Position numbers and translations under genes: made by a program. The notes under the pieces were generated by a model. That model saw only the letters and a program-made list of their open reading frames with translations, made no database searches and was not told the origin of the DNA. A stretch of DNA of 64,000 nucleotides from an uncultured Methanosarcinales archaeon (GTDB lineage: Archaea > Nanobdellota > Nanobdellia > Woesearchaeales > ARS49): NCBI GenBank assembly GCA_964617195.1, contig CAZTVK010000019.1, positions 225,019 through 289,018 on the forward strand. The letters run 5' to 3'. Of this stretch, positions 27,921-38,013 are shown piece after piece. The first letter of the stretch is position 1. Every line of letters starts with the position of its first letter.

Positions 27921-28517
27921 TTATTCACTCTTAGACTCTTTAGTTATCCAGACCATAAAGATAATGATTACGATTATTAAAACTATCGCAGCAACAGCAG
28001 CATTAGTATAGAACTGACTCAGCCAGTCCCAAAAGATTTCCAGCCAAGTACGGCCATCCTCAGCCACAATAGCATCCAAAAAGATGAAAATGATTGAAAT
28101 AGCAATGATGAACATGAACGTGGTCCTCCACGCTTTGTCAGTCGGCAAAAGCTCACCTTTCTTAATCTCATCATAAGTTCGGAAAGTGCCAATAAGCATC
28201 AAGAAAAACACTATCAACAAAAGCAACACGATAATCTCACTGCTCACCTTTGTAATAGTCTCAACCAACTTCGAGCTTGCCACAACCATGAAAGCAATGA
28301 CAAAACTGACCATCGCGTTCAGATTCTTCTTAGTAATAGCACGATCCTTGACAGTGCCCTCAGTGCCGAAAATCTGAGTTCGCTCAAGAATAGCGAACAT
28401 AATCGTAAAAACAAGAATGAATGGAAGGACAACATCATAGACACCCAATTCTTTGAAGAACTCTAACACATTGCCCAATGCAGTTTCAGCCATCAAGTCA
28501 CACTCTTTACGATTCAC
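27921..28517 (-). CDS. 4-TM membrane protein, tandem paralog family (P1)
   Basis: 198 aa; same TM topology; N-terminal LEFFKELGVYDVVLPFILVFTIMFAILERT matches family block. Confidence 0.5.
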   Translation of the reverse strand: MNRKECDLMAETALGNVLEFFKELGVYDVVLPFILVFTIMFAILERTQIFGTEGTVKDRAITKKNLNAMVSFVIAFMVVASSKLVETITKVSSEIIVLLLLIVFFLMLIGTFRTYDEIKKGELLPTDKAWRTTFMFIIAISIIFIFLDAIVAEDGRTWLEIFWDWLSQFYTNAAVAAIVLIIVIIIFMVWITKESKSE

Positions 28518-28588
28518 TATTGGATTTCGTGGTTATATAAAGCTTTCTGTGGCAACATTTATAAATCACGACGAAAGCTAAAAATACA

Positions 28589-29164
28589 ATGATAAACAAG
28601 AAAGCCTTCTCAGAAATGCGCGAATACATGGAAAAATTCGACAAACTACGAGAACAACTAATAGCAGACAGCAGAGTAATACTCAAGTCAAGCAAAGCAG
28701 CCATATACGCAGCCCACAGAGGAGACATGAAAGAAGCAGACAAACTGCTAACAGAAGCAAAAACAGTCATCAAAAGCATGGACACACTCCTAAAAAAAGA
28801 CTCAAACCTCGCAACAAGCACAGGAGCATATTCAGACGCACTAGAAGAATACACAGAAGCAAGCTGCTACGTACACTACCTGAAAACAAAAGAAATACCA
28901 ACAGCCAAACAATTAGGCGTAGACGTAGAAGTATACCTTCCAGCACTCTCAGACGTAGTAGGAGAACTAGTCAGAAAAGCCATCAACAGCAGCATACAAG
29001 GAGACTACACAACAGCACTAGAAATCAAAGACTTTGTAACAGACTTATACCAAGAACTCATGCTCTTCGACTGGAGAAACACACCAGTCAGAAAAAAGTT
29101 TGACGCGATCAAATACGGACTCGAAAAACTAGAAGACCTTTCTTTGAAGATAAAACTAAAATGA
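28589..29164 (+). CDS. Translin-family protein
   Basis: 191 aa all-helical; C-terminal YLPALSDVVGELVRKAI…GDYTTALEIKDFVTDLYQEL…RKKFDAIKYGLEKLED aligns with translin YLxGVxDLTGELMRxAI…GD…IxxFxxxIYxEL…RxKxxxLxxSLxKVE. Confidence 0.6.
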   Translation: MINKKAFSEMREYMEKFDKLREQLIADSRVILKSSKAAIYAAHRGDMKEADKLLTEAKTVIKSMDTLLKKDSNLATSTGAYSDALEEYTEASCYVHYLKTKEIPTAKQLGVDVEVYLPALSDVVGELVRKAINSSIQGDYTTALEIKDFVTDLYQELMLFDWRNTPVRKKFDAIKYGLEKLEDLSLKIKLK

Positions 29165-29808
29165 CTCACATCGCCTTTGACTGGGACGGCACAATCGCGA
29201 AAAAAGAAGTAGTCGAAGAAGCCAATGTCAGAAGATGCAAAACACTAGACATCTCCATCCCTCTGGAAAAAATGCGCGAAATGCAAAAAACACACGCGCA
29301 CTACGAAATCAACAAAGAAGCAATCAGAAAATACACAGGTGTAACAGATCCACGAATGCAGACAATCATCATGACGAACCTATTCCACCTGCACTACCTC
29401 GGCGTTGTCAATGAGTGGAAACACAAAATATTCTATAGCGGAATGGAAGACGTAATTGAAAAACTCAAAAAACAAGGCACGACAATGTCAATCGTCACAA
29501 CACTCAGAACAGACATCATAGAGCCAACCTTGGAAATGTTCGGCATGCAAAACACGTTCAGCAAAGTATACGGCAACACACCAGATCTGATCTATTCAAA
29601 AGAACAATTGCTCAGACAAGCACTTACGGACTGCGGACAAGTACACCTAATGATAGGAGACAGAGAAGAAGATATGAAAGCAGGCAGAGCAGTCAAAGCA
29701 AAAACGGCATTCGCAAGCTGGGGACACGGAGAACTAACAGACAAAAAACTCGCAGATGTCGTTCTAAAGGCGCCTAAAGATATCTATGCTTTCGCCAAAA
29801 GCTTATAA
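29161..29808 (+). CDS. HAD-superfamily hydrolase/phosphatase
   Basis: 215 aa; motif I FDWDGT, motif III K…, motif IV GDREEDMKAG. Confidence 0.75.
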   Translation: MTHIAFDWDGTIAKKEVVEEANVRRCKTLDISIPLEKMREMQKTHAHYEINKEAIRKYTGVTDPRMQTIIMTNLFHLHYLGVVNEWKHKIFYSGMEDVIEKLKKQGTTMSIVTTLRTDIIEPTLEMFGMQNTFSKVYGNTPDLIYSKEQLLRQALTDCGQVHLMIGDREEDMKAGRAVKAKTAFASWGHGELTDKKLADVVLKAPKDIYAFAKSL

Positions 29809-29832
29809 ATTACTTCTAAAACCAGAATAGAG

Positions 29833-31602
29833 ATGAAAAGAACGCACACATGCGGCGAAATCACAAAAAAAGAACTACAAAAAGAAGTAGTGCTCTGCGG
29901 CTGGGTACAAACAAGAAGAGACCACGGAGGCAAAATCTTCGTAGACCTACGCGACAGATACGGAATCACCCAAGCAGTCTTTGACCCATCACACAACAAA
30001 CAAGCACACGAAACAGCACAACACCTAGGCAGAGAATGGGTACTCCAAATAACCGGACACGTCAGACTAAGACCGCAAGGCATGACGAACACAAAAATCG
30101 TAACAGGAGAAGTAGAAGTCCTCTGCGACTCACTAACAGTCCTCAACCAATCAGAAACACCACCATTCGAAATCGAAGACCGAGAAGAAACAAACGAAGA
30201 ATTACGCCTAGAATACAGATACTTAGACCTAAGAAGACAAAGCATGCAAGAAAGATTATTACTACGCCACAACGCAGCACAAGCAGCACGAGAATACCTG
30301 TCATCGCAAAACTTCATGGAAATAGAAACACCAATACTCCAAAGAACAACACCAGGAGGAGCAAGAGTATACAAAGTACCAAGCAGAGCACACCCAGGAA
30401 AATTCTTCGCACTACCAGAATCACCACAAATCTACAAACAACTATTGATGGTAAGCGGATGCGACAGATACTTCCAACTAGCACGATGCCTCCGCGACGA
30501 AGACTTACGAGCAGACAGACAACCAGAATTCACACAAATAGACCTAGAAATGAGCTTTGTAGACGAAAAAGACGTACAAACAATCGTAGAAGGACTCATC
30601 AAACACACATTCAAAAAAGTACTCAACAAAGAAGTGCAAACACCATTCGCCAGAATGACATTCCACGAAGCCATGACCAAATACGGAAGCGACAAACCAG
30701 ACCTGCGCTTTGGGTTAGAGTTTGTTGACGTAACAGACATAGTAAAACACTCCGACTTCGGAATATTCAAATCAGTGGCAGACAAAAAAGGAAAAATATT
30801 CTGCCTAAACGCAAAAGGAGCAGGAAAGTTCACACGCACAGAAATAGAAGAACTAATCGAAATCGCCAAACTATACAAACTCCCAGGACTAGCATGGATG
30901 AAAGTAACAGGAACAAACATGCTCGAAAGCAGCATAGTAAAGTATTTCCAACAAAACATCCAAGCACAACTAATCAACGCAGTAAAAGCACAAGAAGGAG
31001 ACTTATTGCTTTTCGCAGCAGACCAATTCGAAAAAGCAGCAAACGCGCTAGGACAAGTAAGACTACACATCGGCAAAAAACTAGGACTAATCAAAGAAGG
31101 AGAATACAACTTCCTATGGGTAGTAGACTTCCCATTATACGAATGGAACGAAGAAATCAACAGCTGGCAAGCAAGACACCACATCTTCACGCATCCAAAA
31201 GACGAAGACCTAGACAAACTAGAAACAGCACCAGGAGAAGTCAGAGCAAAAGCATACGACTGCATCCTGAACGGAGTAGAACTAGGAGGCGGAAGCATCA
31301 GAATCCACAGAAAAGACGTACAAGCACGCGTATTACACGTTATTGGTCTCGAATATGAAGAAGCAGAAAAAAGATTCGACTTCCTAATGAGAGCCTTCAA
31401 ATACGGCGCGCCACCACACGGCGGAATAGCAATCGGATTCGACAGATTCGTAGCACTAATGTGCGGACTAAATGATATCAGAGAAGCAATCGCGTTCCCA
31501 AGAAACAAAGCATCAGAAAACCCGCTAGACGGCAGCCCACAAGACTGGACAGAAGAATTTTTGAAAGAACTACGAATGAAACTGGACATTGTTAAAAAAT
31601 AA
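29833..31602 (+). CDS. aspS: Aspartyl-tRNA synthetase, bacterial-type (long form with GAD insertion domain); likely non-discriminating
   Basis: 589 aa; N-terminal OB domain (RTHTCGEI…VLCGWVQTRRDHGGKIFVDLRDRYG), class II motifs 1-3 (FRDEDLRADRQPEFTQID; GGGSIRIH; GFDRFVALMCG). Confidence 0.9.
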   Translation: MKRTHTCGEITKKELQKEVVLCGWVQTRRDHGGKIFVDLRDRYGITQAVFDPSHNKQAHETAQHLGREWVLQITGHVRLRPQGMTNTKIVTGEVEVLCDSLTVLNQSETPPFEIEDREETNEELRLEYRYLDLRRQSMQERLLLRHNAAQAAREYLSSQNFMEIETPILQRTTPGGARVYKVPSRAHPGKFFALPESPQIYKQLLMVSGCDRYFQLARCLRDEDLRADRQPEFTQIDLEMSFVDEKDVQTIVEGLIKHTFKKVLNKEVQTPFARMTFHEAMTKYGSDKPDLRFGLEFVDVTDIVKHSDFGIFKSVADKKGKIFCLNAKGAGKFTRTEIEELIEIAKLYKLPGLAWMKVTGTNMLESSIVKYFQQNIQAQLINAVKAQEGDLLLFAADQFEKAANALGQVRLHIGKKLGLIKEGEYNFLWVVDFPLYEWNEEINSWQARHHIFTHPKDEDLDKLETAPGEVRAKAYDCILNGVELGGGSIRIHRKDVQARVLHVIGLEYEEAEKRFDFLMRAFKYGAPPHGGIAIGFDRFVALMCGLNDIREAIAFPRNKASENPLDGSPQDWTEEFLKELRMKLDIVKK

Positions 31603-31623
31603 TAGGTTTTGCAATTATAACAA

Positions 31624-31646
31624 GGGGGCCTTAACGCCCGGCCCCC
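31624..31646 (+). terminator. GC-rich hairpin (gggggcc-uuaacgccc-ggccccc) followed by UUU
   Basis: 7-bp perfect GC stem 22 nt after aspS stop, before gatC. Confidence 0.4.
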
Positions 31647-31665
31647 TTTGGAACCCCCGACGCTC

Positions 31666-31950
31666 ATGGACATAACCCCAGAACTAGTAAAAAGAGTAGC
31701 TGCAAACGCACGGCTGAATCTGAAAGACACAGAACTCAAACAGTTCGCAACAGAAATGAAAGAAATTCTCGCAACATTCGAAAAACTCGCAGAAGTCAAA
31801 ACAGACAATATAGAGCCAAGCTTCCACCCAATACCTGTAAAGAATGTCGTACGCGAAGACAAACCAGGAAAATGCCTTGACAGAGAAGAAGCACTAGCTC
31901 TCACGCCCCACAAAAAAGACAAATACTTCAGAGGGCCAAAAACAATATGA
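31666..31950 (+). CDS. gatC: Aspartyl/glutamyl-tRNA amidotransferase subunit C
   Basis: ~94 aa from ATG 31666 (ORF-track start 31648 is TTG inside the hairpin); GatC-like ITPELVKRVA…LNL…E…F; ATGA overlap with gatA. Confidence 0.75.
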   Translation: MDITPELVKRVAANARLNLKDTELKQFATEMKEILATFEKLAEVKTDNIEPSFHPIPVKNVVREDKPGKCLDREEALALTPHKKDKYFRGPKTI

Positions 31951-33353
31951 TAAAACAATTCGTCAAAGACGCAATCTCAGGAAAAATAAACATAGTAGAA
32001 CACACAGAAAAAGCAATAGAGGAAGCAGAAAAAATCAACAAAGAATACAAGTATGTCACAGCATGGGCCGACGCAGTTGAACGAGCAAAAGAATTGCAAG
32101 AACAAGTCAAAAACGGAACAGCACACGGAAGACTATTCGGAGTCCTAATTTCTGTCAAGGACAACATCTGCGTCAAAGGAGTAGAAAGCACAGCAAGCAG
32201 CGCCATACTGAAAGGCTACAAACCAGTATTCAACGCAACAGTAATCGAAAAATGCCTGCGCGAAGGAGCAATAATACTCGGCAAAACAGTCCAAGACGAA
32301 TTCGGATTCGGAGGATTTGCAGTCAATGTAGGCAAAGGCTTTGAAAAACCGTTAAACCCAATAGACAAGAAAAGAACAACAGGCGGAAGCTCAGGAGGAG
32401 CAGCAGGACTCACAAAAAAAGCAACATTCCCACACCTAGCATTATCAGAAAGCACAGGAGGAAGCATAGTCGACCCAGCATCATTCTGCGGAGTAGTCGG
32501 CATCTGCCCAACCTACGGACGCGTCTCACGATACGGACTCATCGACTACGCAAACAGCCTGGACAAAATCGGAACAATGGGACTAACAGTAGACGACGCA
32601 GCGCTGTTGCTAGAAATAATCTCAGGACACGACGCAAAAGACAGCACATCAGCAGAAATCCCAGTACACCCACTAGACACGGCCGGAGCAATAAACGGAC
32701 TAAAAATAGGAATAGTCACGGAAGCATTCGAGGGAGTGGACGCTAACGTCAGAAAAGCAGTAATGGAAGCAATCTACAAACTAGAACAAAAAGGAGCACG
32801 AAGAATAGAAATTTCACTTCCAATCTCAATGAAATACGGACTCGCAGCATACTACACTTTAGCCATGACAGAAGCAAGCACCAACCTCGCAAAATACTGC
32901 GGACTACGCTACGGAGCAACAGACCAACTAACAGGAACATACAACGAATACTTCACACGCGTAAGAACCAACAATTTCGGAGAAGAAGCAAAAAGAAGAC
33001 TATTGCTAGGAACATTCGCCAGAATGGCAGGATACCGCGATGCATTCTACAAAAAAGCAGCACAAGTCAGAACCTTAATACTCAAAGAATACGCTGAAGC
33101 GTTCAAAAAAGTCGACGTTTTGATAACGCCAACAATGCCAATCGTCGCGCCAACATTCGACGAAATCAAAAAACTAACACCACTCCAGAATTACCTGATG
33201 GACATTCTTACTGTTTCTCCAAATCTTGCAGGACTGCCGCACATTACAATACCATGCGGTCAACACAACAACCTGCCAATCGGCCTGATGATAACCGGAC
33301 CACACTTCGCAGAACAAAAAATAATACAGGTAGCAAAAGCACATGGAAACTGA
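31947..33353 (+). CDS. gatA: Asp-tRNA(Asn)/Glu-tRNA(Gln) amidotransferase subunit A (amidase)
   Basis: 468 aa; amidase signature GGSSGGAAG, Ser-cisSer-Lys triad context. Confidence 0.9.
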   Translation: MIKQFVKDAISGKINIVEHTEKAIEEAEKINKEYKYVTAWADAVERAKELQEQVKNGTAHGRLFGVLISVKDNICVKGVESTASSAILKGYKPVFNATVIEKCLREGAIILGKTVQDEFGFGGFAVNVGKGFEKPLNPIDKKRTTGGSSGGAAGLTKKATFPHLALSESTGGSIVDPASFCGVVGICPTYGRVSRYGLIDYANSLDKIGTMGLTVDDAALLLEIISGHDAKDSTSAEIPVHPLDTAGAINGLKIGIVTEAFEGVDANVRKAVMEAIYKLEQKGARRIEISLPISMKYGLAAYYTLAMTEASTNLAKYCGLRYGATDQLTGTYNEYFTRVRTNNFGEEAKRRLLLGTFARMAGYRDAFYKKAAQVRTLILKEYAEAFKKVDVLITPTMPIVAPTFDEIKKLTPLQNYLMDILTVSPNLAGLPHITIPCGQHNNLPIGLMITGPHFAEQKIIQVAKAHGN

Positions 33354-34716
33354 TATTATAATAGGACTAGAAATTCACGTACAGCTCAAAACAGCCACAA
33401 AACTATTCTGCAGCTGCCCAACAGAATCAGCAGAGCCAAACACGGCAATCTGCCCAACCTGCCTAGGACACCCAGGAAGCAAACCAACACTAAACGCAAA
33501 AGCACTAGAGTACGGCACAAAACTCGCGCTATCACTCGGCTGCACAATCGCGCCAACAGTAGTCTTTTCCAGAAAAACATACTTCTACCCAGACCTAGTC
33601 AAAAACTTCCAAATAACACAATACGAAGTTCCACTCGGCAGCAACGGACAAATAGTGCTGGAAAACAAAAAACTCATCACAATACAACGAGTCCACATAG
33701 AAGAAGACCCAGGAGCATTAATCCACGAAGCAGGAAGCTCACTTATTGATTATAATCGAAGCGGCATACCATTATGCGAGATTGTAACTTTGCCAGACAT
33801 GAGCTCTCCAGCAGAAGCACGCGAGTTCATGAAAAAACTACTGAACGTGCTCGGATATCTAGGAATATTTGACCAGAACACCTGCGTCATAAAAGCAGAC
33901 GCAAACGTCTCAATCAAAGAAAAAGGCTACACGAGAGTAGAAATCAAAAACATCACAGGATTCAAAGAAATAGAACGCGCACTAAACTACGAAGTTCAAA
34001 GACAAAAACAACAAGACGTCAAAAGAGAAACAAGAGGATGGGACGCAGACAAAGGAACAACATATCATTTGCGAAGCAAAGAAACAGAAGAAGACTACGG
34101 CTACATCGTAGAACCAGACTTGCCATTATTCGAAATCTCGCAAGATTGGATACGAAAAATACAAGCAACAATCCCAGAACTCGCAGAACAACGCGCACTA
34201 CGCTGGATGAAAGACTGGAAAATAGACCAAGACGACGCCAGAATAATCGCTTCAGATTTAGACGTCGCAGTACTGTTTGAAACAATCGCGAAAAAAACAG
34301 ATCCAATACTGACAGCACGCTGGATCAGAAGAGAAGTACTCAGACTATTGAACGACAAGAAAAAAGAATTACGAGAAACAGCGTTTGACGTGGAAGGACT
34401 AACTGAACTATTGCAATTATTCGCAGACAAAAAAATAAACAACAGAGTAGCCCAGCGCCTCATAGAACAGCTTGCTGACAAGAAATTCTCACCAGCAGCA
34501 TACGTCAAAGAACAGAATTTAACGATGGTCGCAGATGAAGGTGCACTAGAAGCTGCCTGCAAAGACGCAATCGCGAAAAATCCAAAAGCAGTTGAAGACT
34601 ACAAGAAAGGAGAGCAGAAATCGATTATGTTCTTGGTTGGACAGGTTATGAAGCAGACCAAAGGAACAGCATCAGCGCAAGTGATTCAGGAATTGTTGAA
34701 ATCGCTTCTGAAGTAG
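33343..34716 (+). CDS. gatB: Asp-tRNA(Asn)/Glu-tRNA(Gln) amidotransferase subunit B
   Basis: 457 aa; GatB N-terminus IIGLEIHVQL…KLFC…C, C-terminal YqeY-like tail. Confidence 0.9.
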   Translation: METDIIIGLEIHVQLKTATKLFCSCPTESAEPNTAICPTCLGHPGSKPTLNAKALEYGTKLALSLGCTIAPTVVFSRKTYFYPDLVKNFQITQYEVPLGSNGQIVLENKKLITIQRVHIEEDPGALIHEAGSSLIDYNRSGIPLCEIVTLPDMSSPAEAREFMKKLLNVLGYLGIFDQNTCVIKADANVSIKEKGYTRVEIKNITGFKEIERALNYEVQRQKQQDVKRETRGWDADKGTTYHLRSKETEEDYGYIVEPDLPLFEISQDWIRKIQATIPELAEQRALRWMKDWKIDQDDARIIASDLDVAVLFETIAKKTDPILTARWIRREVLRLLNDKKKELRETAFDVEGLTELLQLFADKKINNRVAQRLIEQLADKKFSPAAYVKEQNLTMVADEGALEAACKDAIAKNPKAVEDYKKGEQKSIMFLVGQVMKQTKGTASAQVIQELLKSLLK

Positions 34717-34753
34717 AATAAATCTTATATAGTGGATTATCTTCTAAAATTCT

Positions 34754-35230
34754 ATGGGAGAACTTGAAGAACTGATAGAAAAACTTCAAACAGAAGAAGG
34801 AAAAATCGCAGCAATTGTCGATGCTGTTGAACGTAAGCTGATTACCAATCCAGATTATATTGAGCGCACATTCCAATTTTATGTGAATTTAGGGATAACT
34901 GACCAGTACAGTGCAATTGATGGACTGAAGAAGCTTGATTTACCGCAATATTCAGAAAGAATTATTGATGCTTTAGAAAACATGAAAGAATATGTAGAAG
35001 CTGCAGAATTCGCCCAAAAAAACGGATTTCTTGAGCGAGCTATAATTAACTATGAACGTTCAGGCAACTTTGTTTTCGCAGCGAAAAACTGTGAAGAACA
35101 CGCCATGCAAATAAAAGCTGAAAATCCTGATGAAGCCATCAAATACTCCGTGAAAGCTGAAAATTATCTTGAACTCGCAAAAGCACTTGGCCACGAAAAA
35201 GTCATAGCTCTTTTTGAAGAGAAGCGCTAG
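34754..35230 (+). CDS. Hypothetical all-helical protein
   Basis: 158 aa, no recognisable motif. Confidence 0.4.
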   Translation: MGELEELIEKLQTEEGKIAAIVDAVERKLITNPDYIERTFQFYVNLGITDQYSAIDGLKKLDLPQYSERIIDALENMKEYVEAAEFAQKNGFLERAIINYERSGNFVFAAKNCEEHAMQIKAENPDEAIKYSVKAENYLELAKALGHEKVIALFEEKR

Positions 35231-36429
35231 TTCTGGAACAAATTATCCAGTTCAGAATGCAATCTTGACTCGAAATCAGCGTTTCTCTCGCCTTCCAACT
35301 TCTCAGAAGACAACGAATGCATCAGTTTCTTGGCAAGCTCAACATCATCCGCAGAGAATTTGAACTGAGAAGCATGCTGTTGCAACAATGAATGCTCAAC
35401 CTCCTCAACATTAGCCTCCTTCACCATAATAACTTCCAAATCCTTGCTAGTAAAGGCATTCGTATTCTTCATCACAAAATAAGCCTTCCTAGCGTAAACC
35501 TCATGGAAAACATCATTCCAACGAACATCAGCAGGCCTGCCCTGACGCAAACAACCAGAAACACGAACAGCCACAATAGAATTAGCCAGACTATACTTGC
35601 CAAGCTCAATCATAATCAACGCCTCAACCTCAGAAGGAGTCTTACCGTCAGCATCAACAGAAACGCACACAGCAGGATGCACAACAAGAGGAACATGCAA
35701 CACGTTCCCATTCTCCACAATCACAAAACTACCATGCTTCAACTTCTCAACCTCAGAAAAATTATTAGGAAAAATAGGACCAGGGTAAACAATGTTCTTG
35801 TACTTGCCAATAGTTTGCTTATCAACCACGTGCACATGACCGCCAGCATAATAATCAAAACCAGCAGGCATCAATGAAACAGCCATCGCGTCCATCTGCT
35901 CCAAATCCTTAGGCTTCAACTCAGCCAAAGCACTATGAAACATGAAAATTTTGAAACCAGGCTCACTCTCAAGATGCTCTTTAGCCAAATGATAATAATA
36001 TCCCTTCTCAAGACCGCCCTTCTTGCCAAGCATACCAGTAATCTTAACACCAGTCTTCTGATCAACAGTAAAATGCAATTTGATTTTGTTATCAGGAGTT
36101 TCCTCACCACGCGCAACATTAACCGCAAGACCAGCATGCTCAAGAACATCCAACATGGTCTTGCCACTAGGACTAAAATCATGACTGCCGGCAATATAAT
36201 ACACAGGAATCCCAGCATCCTTAACTTTCTTCAACTGCTCAACAGCCATCTTCAAACTATCAATGCCTGGCACAGCAGTATTAAACAAATCACCAGAGAT
36301 GAGAATAAAATCCACTTTTCCAGCAAGACATTTTTCAATCGCCATTATGAAACTCTTGCTATTCGCATCACGCAGCCGAGGCTCACGCCAACCACCAATA
36401 TGACAATCAGACAAATGAGCGAACTTCAT
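35227..36429 (-). CDS. mre11: Mre11-like DNA double-strand-break repair nuclease (calcineurin-like metallophosphoesterase)
   Basis: 400 aa; phosphoesterase motifs I DCHIG, II GDLFN, III GSHD, IV FHSA, V GGHVH. Confidence 0.8.
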   Translation of the reverse strand: MKFAHLSDCHIGGWREPRLRDANSKSFIMAIEKCLAGKVDFILISGDLFNTAVPGIDSLKMAVEQLKKVKDAGIPVYYIAGSHDFSPSGKTMLDVLEHAGLAVNVARGEETPDNKIKLHFTVDQKTGVKITGMLGKKGGLEKGYYYHLAKEHLESEPGFKIFMFHSALAELKPKDLEQMDAMAVSLMPAGFDYYAGGHVHVVDKQTIGKYKNIVYPGPIFPNNFSEVEKLKHGSFVIVENGNVLHVPLVVHPAVCVSVDADGKTPSEVEALIMIELGKYSLANSIVAVRVSGCLRQGRPADVRWNDVFHEVYARKAYFVMKNTNAFTSKDLEVIMVKEANVEEVEHSLLQQHASQFKFSADDVELAKKLMHSLSSEKLEGERNADFESRLHSELDNLFQN

Positions 36430-37925
36430 AACTTCAACCCAGCAAAACTCTGACGAGGCTTACTTACAACTTTATGTTCTTCATGCAAAATCTTGATAGG
36501 CGTGGCAAAACTCAAGAAATTACTCGTCACAATAGCCTCGCCCTTATCCAAACTCGCAATCATACGATCATCACTTGACAAGTCCTGCGCAGCACTCTCA
36601 ATAATGGCCTGACGCTCAGGCTTCAACTCAATACCAAGAATAATTTTCGTATTAATATTAGCAAGAACTTCCCTTGGAATCAAAGAAGGCAACTGCGTAA
36701 TCGCAATCAAGCCAACATTAAACTTTCGACCTTCACGCGCAACAGTAGAAAACACATTCGGACCTCTCTCCAACACGTCCTTGCCAAGAACACGAGGAGC
36801 CTCCTCCAAAACAATACTCACAACAGGCTTGCTCTTCATCTCATGCAAAGAATAAGTCTTATGCCGCTCCAAAACCATATGCGCAATCATGCTGCCAATC
36901 AAAATCTCAACATTACCATAAAAAGAACTCGTGTCCATGACAACAGTCTTTCCCGACTCAAGCGCATTCACAATATCAGGAACAGTAGTCTGGCCAGCAC
37001 TAGTATCAAACACGCCATGACAAGAAATATTCTTCTCATCATCAACATCCAAACGCAACAACTGCATTAAAGTACGCTTGACAACAGCCAAAGTCCCCTC
37101 GTGAAACTGCTGGCGCAACTCATGCTCCCGCAAAACAGCCTCAACCCAAGAATCCTTGTAAGCCTGATAATACGCAGTCAGGGCCTGACGCTGAGCATCA
37201 GTCCACTCAACAGCACCATCAAAATGACGCGGATTAAGCTGGCCAAGATGAACCTTCAAAGTCCTTCCACCCGGAGGAGGATTATACGGAGTATAGTAAA
37301 CAATCTGTTCACGCGCACCAGGATGCTTCTGCAATTTCTCATAATACTCATCATGAGGGTCAAGCACCAGCATAGCGCAATAATCCTTGTCAAGAGCATC
37401 CCACAACAAATTAGTCATCAACACGCTCTTGCCACGACCAGTCGTGCCAGCAATCAGAATATGATGGCTTAAAGCCAACCTGCCATCAACCGAAACAGGA
37501 ACCTCCAACACCTTAGAACCACTCCTCAGCTTACCAAGAAATAACGGATTGTGAGGAGTCGTGATAAAAGAAACATCACTTGCCTGAATTTCGCGAACCT
37601 TACTAAAAAAGGTAGGCAGGGTCTTAGCAGAACGCGCATTCTTTCCAGAAATAAAAGCCAAATTCTTCAAACGAGCAAGCACATAAGTTCGCAATTTAGC
37701 ATCCATCAGCTCTAACTTCTCATCCTCCTCCAATTTCAAACCAGAAATAAGCTCAAGATGCTGCTGGGTCAACTGAGAACCATATAACAAATCAAAAGCC
37801 TGCAATAACATCTGTCCATTCGATGTATCAGCAATCAGAAGCTCACCTAACTCCAACGCCTGCTCGTTCTTCTGGCGGACGAGAATATTTCCAAACTCTC
37901 CCCCAATAATCAACCCTTTAGTCAC
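36426..37925 (-). CDS. herA: HerA-like FtsK/HerA-superfamily ATPase/helicase
   Basis: 499 aa; Walker [11 protein letters not shown], HerA-type LVLDPHDEY block; ATGA overlap with mre11. Confidence 0.75.
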   Translation of the reverse strand: MTKGLIIGGEFGNILVRQKNEQALELGELLIADTSNGQMLLQAFDLLYGSQLTQQHLELISGLKLEEDEKLELMDAKLRTYVLARLKNLAFISGKNARSAKTLPTFFSKVREIQASDVSFITTPHNPLFLGKLRSGSKVLEVPVSVDGRLALSHHILIAGTTGRGKSVLMTNLLWDALDKDYCAMLVLDPHDEYYEKLQKHPGAREQIVYYTPYNPPPGGRTLKVHLGQLNPRHFDGAVEWTDAQRQALTAYYQAYKDSWVEAVLREHELRQQFHEGTLAVVKRTLMQLLRLDVDDEKNISCHGVFDTSAGQTTVPDIVNALESGKTVVMDTSSFYGNVEILIGSMIAHMVLERHKTYSLHEMKSKPVVSIVLEEAPRVLGKDVLERGPNVFSTVAREGRKFNVGLIAITQLPSLIPREVLANINTKIILGIELKPERQAIIESAAQDLSSDDRMIASLDKGEAIVTSNFLSFATPIKILHEEHKVVSKPRQSFAGLKL

Positions 37926-38013
37926 AATAAAAACTGGTTTTCAGCACTATATATTATTTGCGCGACTGGAAAATAGATTTAATAAAAGAAAAAGATAGAA
38001 AGAAAAAAATAAT

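Noticed and set aside
26042-28517. Four paralogous membrane proteins as type IV pilins/archaellins
   Set aside because: No class III signal peptide ([KR]-G followed immediately by a hydrophobic helix) at the N-termini, and four hydrophobic helices instead of one.
31648-31665. TTG start for gatC inside the hairpin
   Set aside because: Start codon would lie within a stable GC stem. The downstream ATG at 31666 gives a GatC of normal length.
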